DNA of 64,000 bases from an uncultured delta proteobacterium (lineage in GTDB: Bacteria > Desulfobacterota > Binatia > UTPRO1), in the NCBI GenBank assembly GCA_963846105.1, contig CAWJUT010000001.1, forward strand, positions 32,292-96,291. Reading direction: 5' to 3'. Below, piece after piece: positions 41,405 to 52,680 of the stretch; the stretch's first letter is position 1, and the number at the start of each line of letters is the position of its first letter. The position numbers were made by a program, and so were the translations under genes. The notes beneath the pieces were generated by a model. It searched no databases and was not told the DNA's origin. It saw only the letters and a list, made by a program, of their open reading frames with translations.

Positions 41405-42074
41405 GCAGCTGAGACGACCACGGACGCCGATTCTTTCGCGGCCCGCCGCCTCCCCCGCGCTCGCCGCGCCGCCGGTTCCGGCCGGAGAAGCCGCGGACCC
41501 GCTGCTCGTGGCGTGTCGCGCCGGGGATCCCGCGGCCGCGGAACGGCTCTTCGCCACCTACGCCCCCACCGTCCGTGCCGCGATCGGGCGCTATCTTGCC
41601 ACCCGTACGCGCGCGCGCATCGACCTGACCGAGGATCTGACTCACGAGGTCTTCGTCGCGCTGTGGCGCGACGATGGACGCCGGCTCAAGAGCTTTCAAG
41701 GACGTGACGGCTGCTCCTTTGCGGGATGGCTACGGGTGGTCGCCGTGCGCGTCGCGATCGACACACTCCGGCGCGACCGTCGCACAACCTCGCTCGACGA
41801 CGACACGCCGGCGATGACCGAGCTGCGACGCTGCCTCGCGAGCGGCGCCCCCGATCCAGAGAGCGTTGCACGCGGCGCCGAGACAGCCGAACGTCTGACG
41901 CGCGCCGTCGCTGCGCTCGGCCCGAAGGACCGTCTGCTGGTCGAGCTGCACCTGCTGCGCGGCACTCCGCTGCCTGTGGTCGCCGACATGCTCGGGGTCA
42001 CCGCCAACGCGGCCTACGTCCGCAAGAGCCGCGTACTCGAACGACTGCGACGGAGCCTCGAGGAGTCCGTATGA
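41403..42074 (+). CDS. ECF sigma-70 factor (start uncertain)
   Basis: DPLLVACRAGD.AA.ERLF, EDLTHEVF..LW, FAGWL..VAVRVAID, region 4 VADMLGVT.NAAYVRKSRVL.RLR. Confidence 0.9.
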   Translation: MQLRRPRTPILSRPAASPALAAPPVPAGEAADPLLVACRAGDPAAAERLFATYAPTVRAAIGRYLATRTRARIDLTEDLTHEVFVALWRDDGRRLKSFQGRDGCSFAGWLRVVAVRVAIDTLRRDRRTTSLDDDTPAMTELRRCLASGAPDPESVARGAETAERLTRAVAALGPKDRLLVELHLLRGTPLPVVADMLGVTANAAYVRKSRVLERLRRSLEESV

Positions 42075-43438
42075 GTCACGACACCCAGCGCGCCGCGCTC
42101 TGCCCGGACGACGACCTGCTCGCAGGCTACATCGAGCGCCGCCTCGACGAGGGGCGCCACGAAGCCGTCGAGCGCCACGTCGCCGCGTGCCCGCTCTGCG
42201 CCGACGTCGTCGCGGCGAGCCTCACGGCCGCGGAGGAGGCGCGCGCGGTCGACTCTTCAGCGCGCCCGGTTGCCGCCGCGCCGCGCCAGCGATCACGGCT
42301 TCGCCCGCGCCGGCTGGCGCTCGCTGCCGGTCTCGTCCTCGCCTCGACGTCGGTGCTCGGCTATGCCGGCAGCCACCTGCTCCTCGCCGCCCTCGGGCGC
42401 GCGATCGCCACCAGGGCCAGCATCGCCGCGGGAGCGCCGGTGACGATCGCCAGCGTCGGGCTCGGCGTGACGTGGGGCCCATCGCTCAGGCTGCGCCTGG
42501 ACGACGTGCGGATCGCCAGCCGCGCCCCGATGGCGGCGGCGCGCATCGAGATGACGACCGCGCTCGCGGCGTTGGTGCGCGGCGACCTCGCGATCGAGAC
42601 CGTGCAGCTCGTTCGACCGCTGCTGCAGGTGGGCGATCCCGCGCCCATGGCGGCGGGTGCCGCTCCCCGCCGCGCCACTTCGATCTCGGCGGGAGCGGCG
42701 CGATCCTGGCACTGCTCGCCCGCGGCACGCTCGAGGTCCACGACGGCACGTTCGTGGTGACGGCAAGCGACGCCGCCCCCCTCACCGTGATGCACGTCAA
42801 CGGCAGGACGCAAGCGCGCCGAGAAAGCGTTGCGATCGCCTTCACGGGCACGCTCGCTGGTGGCCGCGTCACCGCGACCGGAACGATCGCGCCCGAGACG
42901 AGCGGCGGCCTCGCCGTGACCGATTGCCGGCGCCGACGTCGCGCTCGCCGCGTTGCCCTATGTCCCCACTCGCGTGAGTGGTGTCACGACCTTGCGTTTG
43001 GCCGTCGGCGGAAGCACTACCGCGCCGACACTGCGTGGCAATATCCAGATCTCCAGGGCTCGGGTAGAGGGTTGGAACCCACTTCCCGCATTGCTCGATC
43101 CTCCGTCTGTACCGGGTCTGCTCGCCATCGTTCTTCCCCCGCTGGCGGCACCGAATCTCGGGCTGCACGACGTACGGGTTCGCTTCGCGGCGCACCGTGG
43201 CGCCCTGCGCGTCCAACGAGCTTCGTTTGCGAGCGCCCAGGTCCGCGGCTCCGGCTCACTTCGCCTCCACCGCGATGGTGCGCTCCATGGCGGCGGGCAT
43301 CTCTCCCTCCCGCCCGCGCTCACGCAGGCGCTGCTGACGCACACGCCCACGCTCGGTGTTCCCGGCGCCGACGGCAGGCTGGTACTGCCCTTTCGGGTCG
43401 CGGGCTCGGTTGCGACACCTCGCTTCGCGCTCGAGTGA
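42071..43438 (+). CDS. ZAS anti-sigma domain + TM + AsmA-like periplasmic region (frameshifts ~42700, ~42930)
   Basis: CPDDDLLAGY, HVAACPLC (HxxxCxxC), TM LALAAGLVLA; AsmA-type N-part LRLDDVRI...LVRGDLAIETVQLVRP and C-end LPFRVAGSVATP; ATGA-coupled to the sigma. Confidence 0.75.
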
Positions 43439-43445
43439 CGCGATC

Positions 43446-43474
43446 TTGACAGTCCGGCAGGGCTCGGCCAGGGT
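43446..43474 (+). promoter_or_regulatory. Putative sigma70 promoter of the enoyl-CoA hydratase gene
   Basis: TTGACA, 17 bp, CAGGGT; GGAGG RBS downstream. Confidence 0.4.
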
Positions 43475-43491
43475 CGCGCCGGGAGGATGCC

Positions 43492-44274
43492 ATGGACTAC
43501 CAGGATCTGCTCTACGACGTCCGTGATCACGTCGCGACCGTCACACTCAACCGTCCTGACCGTCTGAACGCGATCAGCGGCCCGATGCTCGACGGCATCT
43601 CGCGTGCCTTGCGCGCCGCCCACGAGGATCCCGAGGTGCGGGTGATCATCCTGACCGGGGCGGGCAAAGGCTTTTGTGCCGGCCTCGACCTTCGCGACGA
43701 GGCGGGTGGACGCGGCCTCACCACCGCCGGCCTGCGCTTCGACCTCGGCACTGCACCGCCGGTCGTGCTCCACAATCTCGACAAGCCGGTCATCTGCGCG
43801 CTCAACGGCGCGGCCGCCGGCTACGGGCTCGACCTCGCGCTCGGTTGCGACGTGCGCATCGCCTCCGAGGACGCCAAGCTCGCGGCCGTCTTCACGCGTC
43901 GCGGCGTACTTCCCGAGAGCGGCGGCAGCTGGCTCCTGCCACGCCTGATCGGCTGGGCGCGCGCCGCCGAGATCGCCTTCCGCGGTCGGGTACTGACGGC
44001 CCGCGAGGCGCTCGAGCTCGGACTCGTCAACACCGTCGTGGCTCCCGACGCTCTCATGACGGAAGCCGCCACCTGGGCGCGCGAGATGGCGGAGAACGCA
44101 CCGCTTGCGGTGCAGGCGACCAAGCGCATGATGCGGCTCGGCCTCGACGAGACCTTCGAAGCCAACGTGCACCACGTCTTCGTACAGCTGCTGCCGCTGC
44201 TCGCCAGTCGCGACTTCCAGGAAGGCGTCCAGGCGTTCATCGAGAAGCGATCGCCGCGCTTCTCGGGCACGTAG
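43492..44274 (+). CDS. Enoyl-CoA hydratase/isomerase
   Basis: LNRPDRLNA, GFCAGLDL, NGAAAGYG, GVLPESG, A.ELGLVN. Confidence 0.93.
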   Translation: MDYQDLLYDVRDHVATVTLNRPDRLNAISGPMLDGISRALRAAHEDPEVRVIILTGAGKGFCAGLDLRDEAGGRGLTTAGLRFDLGTAPPVVLHNLDKPVICALNGAAAGYGLDLALGCDVRIASEDAKLAAVFTRRGVLPESGGSWLLPRLIGWARAAEIAFRGRVLTAREALELGLVNTVVAPDALMTEAATWAREMAENAPLAVQATKRMMRLGLDETFEANVHHVFVQLLPLLASRDFQEGVQAFIEKRSPRFSGT

Positions 44275-44345
44275 CGCGTCGCGCCTCGGCGTGATCACCG
44301 GCTTCTCGGGGACGCCGAGGCGAGCAGGCGATCGTCGCCTGACCG

Positions 44346-46154
44346 TCAAGACACGAGCGTCGCTCCCACCCACCCCGGCACGAAGAAGCGTACCGTGGTG
44401 CCGGCGTTCACCTCGCTGGCGATCTCCAGCCGGCCGCCGTGCGCCTGCACGATGTGCTTGACGATGGCGAGGCCGAGGCCGGTGCCGCCGAGCTCACGCG
44501 CGCGCGCCTTGTCGACGCGGTAGAAGCGCTCGGAGAGACGCGGCAGGTCCTCGGCTGGAATGCCGACGCCGGTATCGCGCACCTCGACCTCGACGACCGG
44601 AGTCGCGCCGTTCTCGGCGAGCCGCGCCGCGATGGTCACGTTTCCCCCGGCCGGCGTGTACTTGATCGGCGTTGTCGACCAGGTTGATCAGCACTTGCTG
44701 CAGACGATCGGGGTCGCCGCAGAGCGCCGGGAGATTGGTTGGAAGCGCGTGATCCAGGGTCACCTTGGCGCGCTCGGCCTTCTCCCCGAGCACCTCCACC
44801 AGCTCGCCGACCAGGCGTCCGAGCGGCACGGCTTCGCGCTTGAACGGCGTCTTGCCGAGCTCGAGGTCGGAGAGCGTGAGCAGATCGTCGATCAGGCGGC
44901 CGAGGCGCTCGGAATGGCGTTCGATGACGGCGAGGAACTGGCGTGCCCGGGTGGTGTCGTCGAGCGCGCCCCCGAGCAACGTCTCCGCATAGCCGCGGAT
45001 CGCCGTCAGCGGCGTGCGCAGCTCGTGGCTGACGTTGGCGACGAAGTCGCGCCGCATGGTCTCGAGCCGCTTCAGGTCGCTGACGTCGTGGAAGAACGAG
45101 CACGAAGCCGGCGCTCGCCGTTCCGGTCCCGGCGAGCGGCGACACGCTCACCGCGAGGACACGCCGCTCGGCGTCCGCGAGCGTGATCTCGCGCAGCGCT
45201 GGTCGCACAGCGTCGCGTGCGGTGAGCGCGCGCAGCACTTCGTGCAGCTCCGGGTCCCGGCACATCTCGAGGAGATGGCGGCCCCGATAGTCGGTGCCGC
45301 AGGGCAGTCCGAAGATCGACTGGGCGCGCTCGTTCATCAACACCACACCGCCGTCGCGTCCGACCACCACGACGCCTTCGACCATCGCGCCGAGCACGCC
45401 GCGCAGCTTCTCGCTCTCCTCACGCAGACCGCGAAAGGACTCCTGCAGGCGCTGGCCCATGTCGTTCAGGTTGCCCTCGAGCGCGCCGATCTCATCGGCG
45501 CGCGCAACCGGCAAGCGCGCCGACAGCTCGCCGCCGGCGACGGCGCGCGAGAACCCCACCATACGCTCGAGGCGACGCCCGATGCGATTGGCGACGACCA
45601 AAGCCGGCAGGAGCGCGATCGCGACCGTCGTCAGCACCGTGAGCAACAGCATGGTGACGAGGCGACGATCGGGTCCGGCGACGATGGCGGCCGGGATGGC
45701 GACGCGCACGATCCTCGCCTCCCGCCCTTCGCCGCTGCGAACCGCGGCATAGATGCGCGGCGCGTGCTCGGTCATGCTCTCGCGCCGTGCCACGCCCGTT
45801 CCCGTGCTGAGCGCCGCCGCGACCTCGGGTCGGGTGAGATGGTTCACCATCGTGGCCGCGTCGGCCACGCTGTCACAGAGCACGCGTCCGTCGCTCGTGA
45901 TCACCGTCAGGCGGCTGGTGCTGCCTTGGGTTTCGGCGTGGCAGCGCCGCGCCAGCTCGGCGGGCGCGAGATCGCGTGGGCAGACGCGCCGCGATGGCGC
46001 GGGCATCCTCGAGCGCCGCCGCGCTGACCAGCTCCGTCGCCACCGTGTCGGCGGCGCGCAGCGCCAACCCGTAGCTCGCCAGCAGGAACGGCGGCAGCGC
46101 CACCAGCGACGGCAGGAGCAAGTAGAGGACGAGCTTAGGCGTCGAGCGCGGCAT
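44346..46154 (-). CDS. phoR: Phosphate regulon sensor kinase (HAMP-PAS-HisKA-HATPase; frameshifts)
   Basis: FVANVSHELRTPL, NLVDNA, DTGVGI, RFYRVDKARARELGGTGLGLAIVKH; follows phoB. Confidence 0.93.
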
Positions 46155-46857
46155 CGTTGAACTTGTAGCCGACGCCGCGCACGGTGAGGATCAGCTCCGG
46201 ATGCGTATCGTCGCGCTCGATCTGCATGCGCAGGCGCCGCACGTGCACGTCGACCGTGCGCGGCTCCACGTAGGTGTCGTGCCCCCACACCATGTCGAGG
46301 ATGCGGGCGCGATCGAACACGCGATTGGGGTGGCGGACGAAGAATCCGAGCAGCTCGAACTCGCGGAGACTGAGCGCGACCTTCGCCCCGTCGAGGAAGA
46401 CCTCGTAGGTGTCGAAGTCGACCCGCAAGCGCCCGCGCTCGTAGATCTCGTGCGGGCGCTCGACCTCCGGTCCATGCGCGCGCCTGAGCACCGCCTTCAC
46501 GCGCGCCACCAGCTCGCGCGTGCTGAACGGCTTGGTGACGTAGTCGTCGGCGCCCATCTCGAGACCGACCACCTTGTCGACCTCGGCGGCTCTGGCGGTC
46601 AGCATCAGGATGGGCATGCGCCCGTTCTCCTCGTCACGACGGATGGCGCGGCAGATGTCCAGCCCCGACATCCCGGGCAGCATGATGTCGAGCACGACGA
46701 GCGCCGGGCGCTCGCGACGCACCAGCGTCAGCGCGAGCTCGCCCTCCTCGGCCTCGAGCACCTGGAAGCCCTCCTGCTCGAGGTTGTAGCGCACGAGCTC
46801 GCGGATGTCCTTCTCATCCTCGACGACAAGGACCTTCCGGGTGCGTTCCTGAGACAT
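46135..46857 (-). CDS. phoB: Phosphate regulon response regulator
   Basis: VVEDE, LDIMLP, GADDYVTKPF, RTVDVHVRRLR, TVRGVGY. Confidence 0.93.
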   Translation of the reverse strand: MSQERTRKVLVVEDEKDIRELVRYNLEQEGFQVLEAEEGELALTLVRRERPALVVLDIMLPGMSGLDICRAIRRDEENGRMPILMLTARAAEVDKVVGLEMGADDYVTKPFSTRELVARVKAVLRRAHGPEVERPHEIYERGRLRVDFDTYEVFLDGAKVALSLREFELLGFFVRHPNRVFDRARILDMVWGHDTYVEPRTVDVHVRRLRMQIERDDTHPELILTVRGVGYKFNDAALDA

Positions 46858-46858
46858 G

Positions 46859-47542
46859 TCACACCGTCGGCGGCAGCTCGCCCGCGTGACGGATACTCTT
46901 CCCTTTGACCATGAAGACCACCATCTCGGCGATGTTGGTGGCATGGTCCGCGATCCGCTCCAGGTATTTCGACACGAAGAGGATGCGCATGGAGCGTCCG
47001 ATCGCACGCGGATCCTCGATCATGAACGACAGCAGCTCGCGGAAGATCTGACTGTTGAGCTGGTCGACCTCGTCGTCGCTGCGGCAGACGTCCAAGGCGA
47101 GCTCGGCATCCTCGCGCACGAACGCGTCGAGGCTGCGGCGCAGCATGCCCGACGAGATCTCCGCCATGCGCGGGATGTCGATGTACGGCTTGAGCGGCGG
47201 CTCGCTGGCGAGCTCGATGGCACGCTCGCTGATGCTCACCGCGCGATCGCCGATGCGCTCGAGATCGGTCGTGATCTTGAGCGCGGTGGTGATGAAGCGC
47301 AGGTCGCGCGCCGCGGGTTGCCGGAGCGCCAGCAGGCGCAAGCACAGATCGTCGATCTCGACGTCGAAGGCGTTGACCGCATCGTCCTTCCGAATGGTGT
47401 CCTCGGCGAGCGGCACGTCGCGCGTCGTGAGCGCGCGCACGGCGTTGGCGATCTGCTTCTCGACCAGCCCGCCCATCTCGAGCAGGCGCTGGCGCAACTG
47501 GCCGAGCTCTTCCTCGTACTGTCGATCAGTGTGACTCGCCAT
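46859..47542 (-). CDS. phoU: Phosphate signalling protein PhoU
   Basis: RQPAARDLR, DLERIGD, DDEVD, KYLERIADHATNIAE. Confidence 0.96.
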   Translation of the reverse strand: MASHTDRQYEEELGQLRQRLLEMGGLVEKQIANAVRALTTRDVPLAEDTIRKDDAVNAFDVEIDDLCLRLLALRQPAARDLRFITTALKITTDLERIGDRAVSISERAIELASEPPLKPYIDIPRMAEISSGMLRRSLDAFVREDAELALDVCRSDDEVDQLNSQIFRELLSFMIEDPRAIGRSMRILFVSKYLERIADHATNIAEMVVFMVKGKSIRHAGELPPTV

Positions 47543-47550
47543 GGCTCACC

Positions 47551-48307
47551 TCACCCGAAACGCCCTGTGATGTAGTCCTCTGTCTCCTGCCGGTCGGGCT
47601 TGGTGAACATCTTCTCGGTCGGCGCAAACTCCACCAACCGGCCGAGATACAGGAAGGCCGTGAAGTCGGAGACGCGGGCGGCTTGCTGCATGTTGTGGGT
47701 CACGATCACGATCGTGTAGTCGGTCTTGAGCTCGTGGATCAGCTCCTCGATCTTGGCGGTCGCGATCGGGTCGAGCGCCGAGCACGGCTCATCCATCAAT
47801 AGCACCTCCGGCTCGACCGCGAGCGCGCGGGCGATGCACAGTCGCTGCTGCTGTCCGCCCGAGAGCTCGAGGGCGCTCCCGGTGAGACGGTCGCGCACCT
47901 CGTCCCACAGCGCCGCGCGGCGCAGGCTGCGCTCGACGATCTCGTCGAGACGGCTCACGATCGGTGAGTCCATGCAGGCGCGGCCCGAACGCGACGTTGT
48001 CGAAGATCGACTGTGGAAACGGATTCGGCTTCTGGAACACCATGCCGACGCGACGGCGGAGCTCGACCAGGTCCGTGTCCGGCGCATAGACGTCGAGCTC
48101 GCCGACGCGTATGGCGCCGTGCACGGTCACCTCGGACACCACCTCCGCGATGCGGTTCACGGACTTGATCAAGGTCGACTTGCCGCACCCCGACGGCCCG
48201 ATGATCGCGGTAACGTGGTGCACGGCGAAGTCGACGCTGATGCTGTCGAGCGCCTGCTTCGGTCCGTAGAAGTAGTCGAGGTCGCGTACGGTGACGGCGG
48301 CCGTCAT
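47551..48307 (-). CDS. pstB: Phosphate ABC transporter ATPase (frameshift ~47960)
   Basis: [44 protein letters not shown]. Confidence 0.95.
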
Positions 48308-49231
48308 AGGTGCGCCTGCTCGCGACGGCGGCGAAAGCGGTTGCGGGTGAGAATTGCCGTCAGGTTGAGAAGAAACGTGAGGCTCACCAGCACCAACGTC
48401 GTCCCGTACTGGATCGGACGCGTGAGCTGCGCGTTGGTCGACTGCGTCGCCATGATGAAGATGTGGTACGAGAGCTCCATGAACTGGTCGAGCGGATTGA
48501 TCATCGGGATGCCGAGCACATCGGTGACGGGAAGCCGCGGTAGAAAATAGGCGCAGCCAGTGAACAGGATGGGGGCGGTCTCGCCGGCACCACGGCTGAC
48601 GCTCAGGATCGCTCCGGTGAGAATCCCCGGATAGGCCTGCGGTAGCACGGTGCGCCGTACCACCTGCCATGGGGTGGCGCCGAGCGCGAACGCCGCTTCA
48701 CGGTGGCTGACGGGCACGGCGTTGAGCGCTTCTTCCGTCGAGACGATGACGACCGGCAGCACCAGGATGGCGAGGGTCGCGGCCGCCCACAGCATCGCCG
48801 GCTGGCCGAACAGCAGTCCCGTCGGCCAGCACGCGGTCGATGGAGCGGCCGACGAACAGGATGAAAAACCCGAGGCCGAAGAGACCGAAGACGATCGACG
48901 GCACGCCGGCGAGATTGTTGACGGCGGCGCGAATGATGCGCGGACCGAGTCCCTTGCCCGCGTACTCGACCAGGTAGATCGCCGCCGCCACCCCGAGCGG
49001 CAGCGCCATCAGCACCATGAGGAGCGTGATGCACACCGTCCCGAAGATGGCCGGCCAGATGCCGCCATGGGTCATCCCCTCGGTCGGCGTTCCGGTCAGG
49101 AACTCGACGCTGATGATCCCGATTCCCTGGACGACGATCACGCCCAGGATGCCGAGCAGCACACCGCACGTGACCGCGGTGAGCAGCCGGCACATACCCT
49201 CGCAGATCGCCCCCCACACGCGCGCGCTCAT
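48304..49231 (-). CDS. pstA: Phosphate ABC permease PstA (frameshift ~48830)
   Basis: GGIWPAIFGT, NLAGVPSIVFGLFG, EAAFALGAT.W, SRGAGETAP. Confidence 0.94.
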
Positions 49232-50172
49232 AGACGCAGCCTCCGCCGCATGCGCTCGATGATGATCTCCGCCGCGACGTTGAGCGTGAACGTGATGGTG
49301 AACAGCAGCGAGCCGACCAGGAAGAGCGCCTGGTACTGCTGCCCGCCTTGCGCCACCGCCCCGAGCTCGGCGGCGATGGTCGCGGTCATCGTGCGCACGC
49401 TCGAGAAGACGTCGAGCGTGATCAGTCCGGCGTTGCCCGTCGCCATCAGCACGATCATGGTCTCGCCGAGCGCCCGCCCCATCCCGAGGATGAGCGCGGC
49501 GGAGATTCCCGACACCGCCGCGGGAACCGTGACGCGCGCGATGGTCTGCCAGCGGGTTGCGCCGAGGCCGTAGGAGGCCGCGCGCAGCTCGCTGGGCACC
49601 GCCCGCAGGGCATCCTCCGTGAGCGAGGTGATCACGGGCACGATCACCATCGACACGCCGAGCGCACCCAGAAACGCGTTCAGCCGAAACGTCGTGCCGA
49701 GAGCCTCCTGCAGCAGGGTACCCAGGGAGGCGAGACAGAGAAATCCGATGACGACCGTTGGAATCCCCGCCAGCAGCTCGATGAAGGGCTTCAAGAGCTC
49801 GCGCGTACGCGACGAAGCGAGCTCGGCGAGATACACCCCGCAGCCGACACCGAACAGACCGGCGATGAGCGTGGCGGGCACGGCAACCAGAAAGCTGCCG
49901 CAGAAGAGCGGCAGTAACGAGTACTTCGGATGGTCGCCGACCGGTTGCCAGAGGTGTACCGTCTTCGCGTTGCCGCGATAGTCGGTGACGGTCGTGCCGA
50001 TGAACTCCCCGAGCGGGATGTTGCGGAGCGCCTGGAGGCCCTCCTTGAACAGGAAGAGAAAGATGAGGGCGATGATGAGCACGGCGAGATAGCCGCTCGC
50101 CATGAGCACGAGCTCGATCGCGGACTCGGACGCACTCCGCCTGCGGACGGCGCGGGGCGCCGCCGTCCGCAT
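49228..50172 (-). CDS. pstC: Phosphate ABC permease PstC
   Basis: ELLAGIPTVVIG, ASYGLGATRWQT, GRALGETM, RTMTATIAAE. Confidence 0.95.
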   Translation of the reverse strand: MRTAAPRAVRRRSASESAIELVLMASGYLAVLIIALIFLFLFKEGLQALRNIPLGEFIGTTVTDYRGNAKTVHLWQPVGDHPKYSLLPLFCGSFLVAVPATLIAGLFGVGCGVYLAELASSRTRELLKPFIELLAGIPTVVIGFLCLASLGTLLQEALGTTFRLNAFLGALGVSMVIVPVITSLTEDALRAVPSELRAASYGLGATRWQTIARVTVPAAVSGISAALILGMGRALGETMIVLMATGNAGLITLDVFSSVRTMTATIAAELGAVAQGGQQYQALFLVGSLLFTITFTLNVAAEIIIERMRRRLRL

Positions 50173-50274
50173 CGCTCGGGAAGACTGCGGCGCGGGCGCT
50201 CGCGTCACGACCGCCGCCGACGATTGGGCTCTATCACTCACCCCGACCAGCACTCACAAGACTGGATCCGGGCT

Positions 50275-51166
50275 TCAGTGGGTCGACTTTCCGCCGAGAA
50301 CACCCTTGAGCGGGATGTACTCGATGTCCGCCACCACCTGTTGGCCTTCGGGTCCCATGATCCAGTCGAGGTACGCTTTCTCCTCCGGCGACGGTTTGCC
50401 GGTTGTATACATGAAGAGCCAGCGAGCGATCGGATAGTCGCCGCTCCATACGACCTCGTTGTCCGGTTTTCCATCCTTCAGCGGAGACACCGCCGGGTGA
50501 CGAGTCGGTCTTCTTGATCGACAGCACCCGCAGAGCTGCGATCGGCGCGAAGTATGCGACGCCGCCGTAGCCGATGCCGTTCTTGTCCCGCGACACCGCC
50601 TCCGCCACCGCGCTCGTACCCGGCATGGTCTGGCAATCGGCGGCGTAGTCCCCGTTCTGGAGGACGTGCTCCTTGAAGAACACGTAGGTCCCGCTGTTGG
50701 ACTCGCGGCAGTAGCGAATGATCTTCCCCGCGGTTCCGCCGACCTCACTCCAGTCGTTGATGTCGCCGCGGTAGATCCCATTCACCTGTTGCAAGGTGAG
50801 CTCCTTGACGCCGTTGCTCGAGTGCACGACCACTCCGAGCCCATCGAGCGCCACTTTGTACTCGCCGGGATCGACGCCGTTGGCATTCGCTTTGGCGATT
50901 TCCTCACCCTTGATCGGGCGACTCGAATTGGCGAGGTTCGTGGTCTTGTTGATGAGCGCGGCGATGCCGGTGCCCGAGCCGCCGCCGGTCACCTGGATCG
51001 TCACGGCGGGGTTCTTCTTCATGTAGGTCTCGGCCCAGCGCTGCGCGAGGATCACCATCGTATCCGAGCCCTTGATCGTGATGTTGGCGGCAGTGGCGGG
51101 AGCGGCGCCGATCAGGCCGAGCACCGCCACGCTCACGAAAGCGCGTATCATTGCGTGCGTTCGCAT
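50275..51166 (-). CDS. pstS: Phosphate-binding protein PstS (frameshift ~50490)
   Basis: KGSDTM, GGGSGTG, NSSR, RESNSGTY.FF, YPIAR.LFMYT. Confidence 0.94.
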
Positions 51167-51190
51167 GTCGTCCTCCTCGTTCTCCGCCGA

Positions 51191-52556
51191 CTAGAAAATA
51201 TACTGTACCTGTAGGCGGTACTCCATGTTCTCGCGTGGGCTCGCGCCGCCGCTCACCGATCGTACACCCTCGGTGCGCAGACTGCCGATGTCACTTTGGA
51301 TCTTGAGGTTGTGACCGGCGACGTAGTAGCTGAGCGGCACCACGGATCTCGCGCTGGTCGTTGTGATCGGTGTCGTCGTTGGGCTCGAGCTCCGACCAGC
51401 GAAATGCCACTTCGAACTTCTTCGGAATCAGGAAGTAGCCGGCTTGCGCGTACCAGCCGGTGGCGTTGAACGAGCCCGGATCGGCGCCGAAAGGAGCGTG
51501 CGGTCTCGACACGATTCGCTGTCGATCGCCGCGAAGAAGTACTCGGCGGCGGCGCTGAACCCGAGCCACCGAAAGGCCGCGTCGACACCGAACTGATTGA
51601 AGTTGACACCGACCCGACTCAGGTTCTGGACGTTCCGGAACGACGGCTGCACGGTACGGAGGATCGGCGCCTGCTGCGACACGGTGCCGCCGGCGATGAT
51701 CTTGGTCGCGTCATCGGGATCGAGGCGAGCGGGAGTGCTGATCTCGTCACCCCGCACCTTGTTGTAGACGTAGCTGCCGCCGATGGCGGCCAGCGGTGAG
51801 TCGCTGAAGGTCACGTCCGACTCCTCGTAGGGCATCGGCCCGAAGGGATTGAACGCGACACGCGTCACGGACGCGAGGCTGGTGTCGAAGCTGGCCTTGT
51901 TGCGTCCCGTACCGTTGAACACGCCACTGCCGTACTCGAGCTTGCCGTCGAACTGCGTGCCGTAGAGGATCGCGCCGGGCATGCGCTCGAGACGCATCGC
52001 GTTGGTCGCCAGCGAGCGGTCGACGAATTGCTGGCGTCCCGAGGAGGTCAGCTCCTGGCGCGCGTACATCGTCTTGAACTGTCCGGCGCGTATGCCGATG
52101 TCGTGAATCGGCAGGTAGTCGAGATAGCCATCACGCAGGATGTCGCCACCGCCCCCGACGACGTCGATCTGGGCCATGTAGGTCAACCCCGGCAGCCACA
52201 TGCGACCCTGCAGCCACAGGCGCGCACGTGTGATGTCGATGCTGAGCGAATCCTCGGTCCCTCCCGGTGCGTTGGTGAAGTCGTCGTCGACGTCGAGCAG
52301 CGTCCCGCGGACCTGGAAACGGCCGCCGATGGAGGTCTCGAACCGACCGTCCCCGCTCTGAAACGTGAATCCCTTCCCCTCCTTGTACGAGGCCAGCGCC
52401 CCTGAGCTCTTGGTGGCCTCCTTGAGCTCCTCGTAGCTGATGACTCCCTTGTCCTTGAGAATCTCCTGCAGCTCCCGCGCTTGCGCCCCGCGTGCTCACC
52501 CCTACGGCGAGCAACCCGAGCAGCGCGTACTTCGAAAGCGATCCAAGCCTCCCCAT
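51191..52556 (-). CDS. Phosphate-selective porin, OprO/OprP-like (frameshifts)
   Basis: Signal peptide, ILKDKGVI.YEE linker, beta-barrel with GQFK and SLATN; ends YRLQVQYIF (terminal Phe). Confidence 0.82.
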
Positions 52557-52636
52557 GCTTGTCCCTCCTTCTCGCGTTGTTCCGTTGCGGTTTGGTTGCG
52601 TCTGAAGGATTTCTACGGCACGGGCGTGCCGGCACT

Positions 52637-52664
52637 GTGACGGGGGCGTTACGATTGCGTTACG
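52637..52664 (-). promoter_or_regulatory. Pho box: three 11-bp-period half sites
   Basis: Minus strand cGTAACgcaat cGTAACgcccc cGTCACagtg, ~80 bp upstream of the porin ATG that heads porin-pstSCAB-phoU-phoBR. Confidence 0.75.
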
Positions 52665-52680
52665 CCCTCGGCTGGCCGGG

